Shown piece after piece: positions 59,168-64,000 of a DNA stretch of 64,000 nt; the stretch's first letter is position 1; each line of letters begins with the position of its first letter. Source of the stretch: a virus (Duplodnaviria > Caudoviricetes); IMG/VR virus record IMGVR_UViG_3300020577_003313; one strand, written 5' to 3'. Position numbers and translations under genes: made by a program. The notes beneath the pieces were generated by a model. That model was not told where the DNA came from, did no database searches, and worked only from the letters and a program-made list of their open reading frames with translations.

Positions 59168-59565
59168 CAGTCAGACTTGGAAGAAGTCTTTGAGCTATTT
59201 TTAGCAGGAGTGCTATTAGAGTTGCTTGGCTTAGTATTGCTACTATTCTTAACAGAACCTCCAGCATCGCACTCTCTCTTTACTTGTTCAATAATGGCTT
59301 TTACAGATTCACTATCTCTTTCTGAAGGAAATAGCTTGATGAATTGGATCTTAGCATCCTCGCCATCCTTAGTCTTGAAGTCTCTGTAAGGAGACGATAC
59401 ATATAAGGCGCCAGCCTTAGACTTAGATAGCTTAAGATCTGAGAGAGCCACGATGCAGGTACCGTCTACATAGACTTCTAGTCCGAATGTAGCTAGGATA
59501 CCGAACTTTCTTTGATTCTCATTGCCAGATCTGGCTTTGACTACTTTAAACTCAACGTCACTCAT
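59164..59565 (-). CDS. SpoVG-like nucleic-acid-binding protein
   Basis: LATF...LSDLKL...GALYVSSPYR...DGE; low-complexity tail ending DW. Confidence 0.6.
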   Translation of the reverse strand: MSDVEFKVVKARSGNENQRKFGILATFGLEVYVDGTCIVALSDLKLSKSKAGALYVSSPYRDFKTKDGEDAKIQFIKLFPSERDSESVKAIIEQVKRECDAGGSVKNSSNTKPSNSNSTPAKNSSKTSSKSDW

Positions 59566-59573
59566 GGTATTAA

Positions 59574-61542
59574 TTAAATTGCTTGTTCTTCTGTATCTTC
59601 TGCATCATCTTCAGATAATGCTTCTTTGATTACACCTTTTTCAAGGCTAACCTTGTCAACTAACTTTCCAAGTTCAGCCAGCAAATTGCTATCCTTGGAA
59701 AAAATTGATATTACTTCCTCTTTGCCCTGTACTTTTTCACTAAAGAGAGGACACTCATAGTAAGCTCCTCGTCTTGTAATGATATCAAGTCCCATGGCAG
59801 CAGAGATAGTACTTAGTACGGAATCAAATCCTCTTCCGTAGTAGAATGGAAGTAGAATCTCTTGAGATTCTGATCCATTAAGTCTTGTCTTATCTACCTT
59901 TAGGGCGCAGGCCCAGCCTGGATGTTTCTCTCTAACTTTACCGTCTAGTCCAGAAACTTTGATTGGCTTCGGCCAATCATTCTTAGGACCTCTGCGCATC
60001 TTAAGTCTTAGATGTGCCCAGTGCTTTACTGAGTTACCACCCTTGACTTCCTCAAGGGACACATTTGCAGATGGTACAGTGTATCATTTATGTTCAGTAA
60101 AGCTCGTTAGTTCTTTACCCGGATAGTTAATCCAGCTATACATTACTGTATAGATCAGACTATATCTTGATCCTTTCGGATCTCTTCCATTTCGGATCAC
60201 TTGATCCTACTCCCTTTCGGGATAGTCGTTGAAGTTTCTAAGATACACTTTTTTAATCCATTCCTTCCATTCCGTCAGCGACATATCATTTTTTGAGATG
60301 TTACAGATAGAACAACAAGGAACGCAATTTTTAATTGTGTAGCCAACTGAAGAATCTATTCTGTCTATTCCTGAATAGATAAAAGTCTGAGACCTTTCAG
60401 GTCTAAATATTCTACCTTTTCGTTTTTTAGAAGATACCTTATTTGAAGGTGCTGATCCACAGTATGAGCAATTTTTAGATAATATATCTAATATCTGTTC
60501 TTCTGTGAGATCAAACTGTAATCCTTTTTTACTAGCGTTAGCTTTGTAAGATAGTATCACAGATCTTTTTAGCGAAAGTTGATTTGGTAGTGTATTTAGT
60601 ATCAAATGTGAGCAGCCACAGCTAGGGTACTTAGTAGTTTTTAGATTTGTAGATGATCGCATGGTTATTTTGCCACACTTACATCTACATCTCCATAAAG
60701 ACTTACTAGTATCGTAATCTAGTACAGTAACTGCTCCAAAAATTTGATTAGGCTGTATAGAACGTTTGCTCATTGGTTCAGATACCTCTGTGCCATTTGC
60801 AACTGTTCTATTCATCTTAGCTTACCTGCTGATTGTCCCAAGTTTGTACCTACTTTCTTGGGAGTTTCCAGCAATTAAAAAGAATTCACGCAGCACATTT
60901 CTGTACTGGTGGGCAATTATTTACCTGGCCAATCATTACAACGGCGCAGCCTTTGTACCCACTAGACAGATTTCTATTGACGATAACGTTAGCCTTTCTA
61001 AAGAACTCGCCGAGCTTTCTCTGAAGATTCAACATGTTGTTGTCCTCTAGAGACTTTTCTTCCTTACCTGACATCACGTCTCCCTTAGGGAGCATGGCTC
61101 CAATGGAGTCAATTACCCACATGTCAATGGCTTCGCTCTTTAGAAGTTCAAGAGCTATGTCCATCATTTTTTCCATAGTATTGATTTCTTTGGTATACTG
61201 ATGGAAAATAGTTCTCTCTAGATCCAGACCTAGCTTTGCGGCCCAGCTTTTATCAAAGCTGTTCTCAAAGTCACTCCACATGACTACGAAATTTGGATCA
61301 ATAGATTGATTGTGCGCAGCTAGCTGTACGCAGAATGCGCCCTTACCAACGTGCTCTGGGCCAGCTATGACAGTATAGCGTCCTCTCGGGACGCCTTTTA
61401 TCAAGGCGTTTACAGAAGCAAACGGTGTTGAGATTGTTTCAAAATCAGAAAGCTCTGAACCTAGAACTAGAGTCTTAGCTTTATGTTTTGTGTTAAGCTT
61501 TTCAGCTAACTTCGCAAGTTTATTTTGTTTATCTTTATCCAT
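59574..61542 (-). CDS. recA: RecA/UvsX-like recombinase; exons 61542-60923 and 60084-59574 (376 aa spliced)
   Basis: GVPRGR, GPEHVGKG, DFENSFD, VIDSIGA, then MIGQV|YTVP...GGNSVKHWA; the joined exons total 1131 nt in frame. Confidence 0.9.
60085..60922 (-). mobile_element. group I intron (838 nt) in recA
   Basis: Exon ends in U, intron ends in G; core elements AATTGCTGGAAACTCC (60876-60861), GACAATCAGCAGG, TTCAACGACTA and GATATAGTCTG (60166-60156). Confidence 0.9.
60207..60815 (-). CDS. intron-encoded HNH-type homing endonuclease
   Basis: WRCRCKCG; CSYCG...GIDRIDSSVGY...NCVPCCSICNISK; the 3' end overlaps the intron R element. Confidence 0.85.
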   Translation of the reverse strand: MNRTVANGTEVSEPMSKRSIQPNQIFGAVTVLDYDTSKSLWRCRCKCGKITMRSSTNLKTTKYPSCGCSHLILNTLPNQLSLKRSVILSYKANASKKGLQFDLTEEQILDILSKNCSYCGSAPSNKVSSKKRKGRIFRPERSQTFIYSGIDRIDSSVGYTIKNCVPCCSICNISKNDMSLTEWKEWIKKVYLRNFNDYPERE

Positions 61543-61547
61543 AATGA

Positions 61548-62048
61548 TTATACGAAAACTGTTGCGTTGATTATTTCTGAAGAAATCGACGCGCTTTGAA
61601 ATCCTTTTTGCTTATGCAACAATACATGGCAAAGAGTTAGTAGTAGCTCTAATAAGCTGGGTGTTATCTTATTCCTAATGTAGAATAATTTTGCTGCCAG
61701 TAAAATTTCATCTGGTCCGAATCCTGTATCACAACGACGGCACAATCCTTTATGAGCTAAGTATATGCCATTTGGCAATGGGTGCCTGCTGTACGCTACT
61801 TCTCTCAGAAGTAAATCTAAATTCTTTTCTACTCTAGTGCCACTATAAAATGTTGCGTAATTTGCACTACAATATTTACATACAATCGGTAGATTATATA
61901 TTATTTCGTGGTTCTTTCTATATGTATAACTATTGTATAGGTCTATCAAATTATACTTCGATCTATAGGGAAAATCACTACCTAGGAAATGCTTATCGTT
62001 AAAACAATAGTCAATATTATCTACACTAAGTTGTTTAGTTTTACCCAT
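61548..62048 (-). CDS. hypothetical protein (CxxC pairs)
   Basis: CKYC...CRRC. Confidence 0.5.
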   Translation of the reverse strand: MGKTKQLSVDNIDYCFNDKHFLGSDFPYRSKYNLIDLYNSYTYRKNHEIIYNLPIVCKYCSANYATFYSGTRVEKNLDLLLREVAYSRHPLPNGIYLAHKGLCRRCDTGFGPDEILLAAKLFYIRNKITPSLLELLLTLCHVLLHKQKGFQSASISSEIINATVFV

Positions 62049-62053
62049 AACAT

Positions 62054-62350
62054 TTATGATTTATGGTTTTTAATGATATGAAGAGCTCTGTTCCTCTGTG
62101 CTTCGTCTGCTTTTTCTAGAATCCAAGTAGAGTCATTACTTGGTCTCTTAGCACATACTACATCGTAGCTGAGATAGTTTAGGTTCTGTTTGTCATAGAC
62201 AGATACATGTCTTACTTTCTCTTCGTTAAATGTGATAAATATTAGACCGTTCTTTACGGTCTTAGAATTGATAATGAAATTAATCATATCATCTACAGAT
62301 GAGAATCCATCTTTGTTTATTCTTTGAATAACTTCGTCTACTGTATTCAT
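62054..62350 (-). CDS. hypothetical protein
   Basis: 98 aa, ATGA coupled. Confidence 0.5.
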   Translation of the reverse strand: MNTVDEVIQRINKDGFSSVDDMINFIINSKTVKNGLIFITFNEEKVRHVSVYDKQNLNYLSYDVVCAKRPSNDSTWILEKADEAQRNRALHIIKNHKS

Positions 62351-62652
62351 TGGAACCTAACATTAACTAGGTAATCTCCAATTTTAGGAGTACCAATTAT
62401 TGCACTTCTTATACATTCGCCACTATCGTCTACTTCTTTAGCTAAAGCAAATATGTTAAAGTTGCAAGTGACGCAGACACTTTTTACTATAACATTATAG
62501 AGACAGTCACAAGTCCCAGATTGGCACGGGCAGTAGTAACTATACACTATATTAGATACTTCTCTATAAGTTTTGCAAGAACTACAGTACATTAAATCCC
62601 GAATTATTCCGGGAAGATTTTCTCTCAAGATATCGAAAAGAGTACTAGACAT
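62347..62652 (-). CDS. Zn-ribbon paralog
   Basis: ENLP...YCSSC...CVTC...PKIGDYL. Confidence 0.55.
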   Translation of the reverse strand: MSSTLFDILRENLPGIIRDLMYCSSCKTYREVSNIVYSYYCPCQSGTCDCLYNVIVKSVCVTCNFNIFALAKEVDDSGECIRSAIIGTPKIGDYLVNVRFQ

Positions 62653-62920
62653 ACATGATATTATTTATGTACTCAGAAACGGTAGGTAAGGCGCTCATAT
62701 CTATTTTTGAGAATGGACTAAACTCCATAATTATGATTCTCGAACCACAATCAGGACAGCTAAAGCTTGCAAAGAATAAATAAGAAGGCGGAATCTTTTT
62801 GTGTTCTTTACATACATTGCAATAGCTAGTCCCTAGACAAACTACTTTGTGATTATTAATAATCTCCTCTACATAAGTAGTTCTTGGTAATTTCTGCATT
62901 AGAAATGGTACCTTATTCAT
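62645..62920 (-). CDS. Zn-ribbon paralog
   Basis: VPFL...YCNVC...CPDC...LPTVSEYINNI. Confidence 0.6.
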   Translation of the reverse strand: MNKVPFLMQKLPRTTYVEEIINNHKVVCLGTSYCNVCKEHKKIPPSYLFFASFSCPDCGSRIIIMEFSPFSKIDMSALPTVSEYINNIMYV

Positions 62921-62967
62921 ATTTAATACTGTTTATATATTGAGATAAAGGAAGAAACAAAGACTTC

Positions 62968-63240
62968 TTACAAAAATTTTGCACGAATAATTCTTTCCTC
63001 TATAGTAGGCAGAGATGTGGGAGCAATGTACTTATTATCTTTTTCGTATAGCTGAATCCTAAGTTTACAATGAGTACACCAATATTCAAATACAGAATTT
63101 TCTTCCTGTACCCCTAGGTACTTAGTTGTTATGTAAGACATAGGAGTATAATCATGGCATCTACTACAATATATTTTTGGTTTACCGAAAGTTCCTCCTA
63201 CTAAAACTGGAGGTATAGTTTCCTTTAAAAACTTAGGCAT
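62968..63240 (-). CDS. Zn-ribbon paralog
   Basis: Probable start 63240; PKFL...IYCSRC...CTHC...LPTIEE. Confidence 0.6.
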   Translation of the reverse strand: MPKFLKETIPPVLVGGTFGKPKIYCSRCHDYTPMSYITTKYLGVQEENSVFEYWCTHCKLRIQLYEKDNKYIAPTSLPTIEERIIRAKFL

Positions 63241-63565
63241 ACTGTATAGAGTTAATGTACTGATAGAAGCTGGGGAGCTTAAAGTTACTAACATATTCTA
63301 TACTTGTTTCTTTATCTATAAGTCTAATTTCATCAAACAATGTTTTTTTACTACAATCTTTACATGTATACCTATATTTAGTTACTATGGTAAGCCGAGT
63401 AAGACCAGTCTTCAAGACTTTTGGGTCATCTAATGCATAAGCATAAATAGGATAATATTTTACGTATCCTATACAATGAACACAATATATTTTGCTTCCA
63501 TCTGGTGCGCCGTAGATGAAGAAAGGTATATCTTTAGACAAGAAAGGTACATTAGAGTTGTTCAT
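63233..63565 (-). CDS. Zn-ribbon paralog
   Basis: VPFL...IYCVHC...CKDC...LPSFYQYINSI. Confidence 0.6.
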   Translation of the reverse strand: MNNSNVPFLSKDIPFFIYGAPDGSKIYCVHCIGYVKYYPIYAYALDDPKVLKTGLTRLTIVTKYRYTCKDCSKKTLFDEIRLIDKETSIEYVSNFKLPSFYQYINSIQYA

Positions 63566-63567
63566 AC

Positions 63568-63933
63568 TTACTTAAAGTCTATAGAATTAATGTACCTACT
63601 ATAAGTAGGCATCTCGAATTCAATCGGTGAGTATCTTATACTGAGAACAGCTTTTAACTTGAGGCAAAAACTGCAAGTTTCTAAGTAGCGCCCTGTCTTT
63701 TTACAACAATTACATAAGTAATCAAATTGAGTTATAGTAACTTTATTATCGTCAATGGTCTTTGTTTCATTTATTCTAGGCACAATATTTTTGAAGTCAT
63801 AATTAGTATAAGTCTTGCAGAGTGAACAGTATATAGTAGTATGTCCGTAGCCAATAGATGTAAAACCCCTTTTTCCATCATAAGAAAATATTGGCATTTC
63901 TTCTTCTAGAATAGAGTATTTGTTGTTATTCAT
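63568..63933 (-). CDS. Zn-ribbon paralog
   Basis: EEMP...IYCSLC...CNCC...MPTYSRYINSI. Confidence 0.6.
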   Translation of the reverse strand: MNNNKYSILEEEMPIFSYDGKRGFTSIGYGHTTIYCSLCKTYTNYDFKNIVPRINETKTIDDNKVTITQFDYLCNCCKKTGRYLETCSFCLKLKAVLSIRYSPIEFEMPTYSRYINSIDFK

Positions 63934-64000
63934 ATTTAGCAGCGCAAATGTATTCCATTACAGTCTGTACTACTTCTTCTACTATTCTGTTTCCTACTCC

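Noticed and set aside
59574-61542. recA pseudogene in two fragments
   Set aside because: Explained by a group I intron with an in-frame splice junction.
1-64000. Genome-wide stop-codon reassignment (code 4, 15 or 25)
   Set aside because: Genes are full-length in code 11, and TGA, TAG and TAA all end genes, often in ATGA overlaps.

Overview
This window is part of a large tailed-phage (jumbo-like Caudoviricetes) genome. It is AT-rich, densely coding and read with the standard genetic code, with many ATGA stop/start overlaps. From 1 to 27.5 kb (+) it encodes virion/tail proteins (including a four-member paralog family and a His-repeat fibre), a holin/lipoprotein-like trio and a sigma-70-like factor. 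From 27.4 to 64 kb (mostly -) it carries a non-canonical tRNA with an 8-nt anticodon loop, then a ~12 kb sugar-modification locus containing a RuBisCO-like protein (form IV/RLP) with nucleotidyltransferase, cupin, HAD, GDPD-like, WavE-like, methyltransferase and many glycosyltransferase genes. Next come a Cas4-like nuclease, primase-helicase, an inverted island (degenerate Cas4-like gene plus two GT-B enzymes), oligoribonuclease, a second sigma-like gene whose N-terminal extension lacks a canonical start, and HD and metallophosphoesterase genes. The window ends with a class II RNR carrying a LAGLIDADG intein, a resolvase-like nuclease, a SpoVG-like gene, recA split by a group I intron with an HNH ORF, and a tandem array of Zn-ribbon paralogs. 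Leading candidates for new biology: (1) an RLP-containing sugar/ketose-activation and glycosylation system, possibly acting on [S/T]-G-rich virion proteins; (2) a possible UGA-N quadruplet (+1 frameshift) tRNA with a candidate target at the HTH/sigma junction. Family calls come from motif recognition by eye; no database searches were run.
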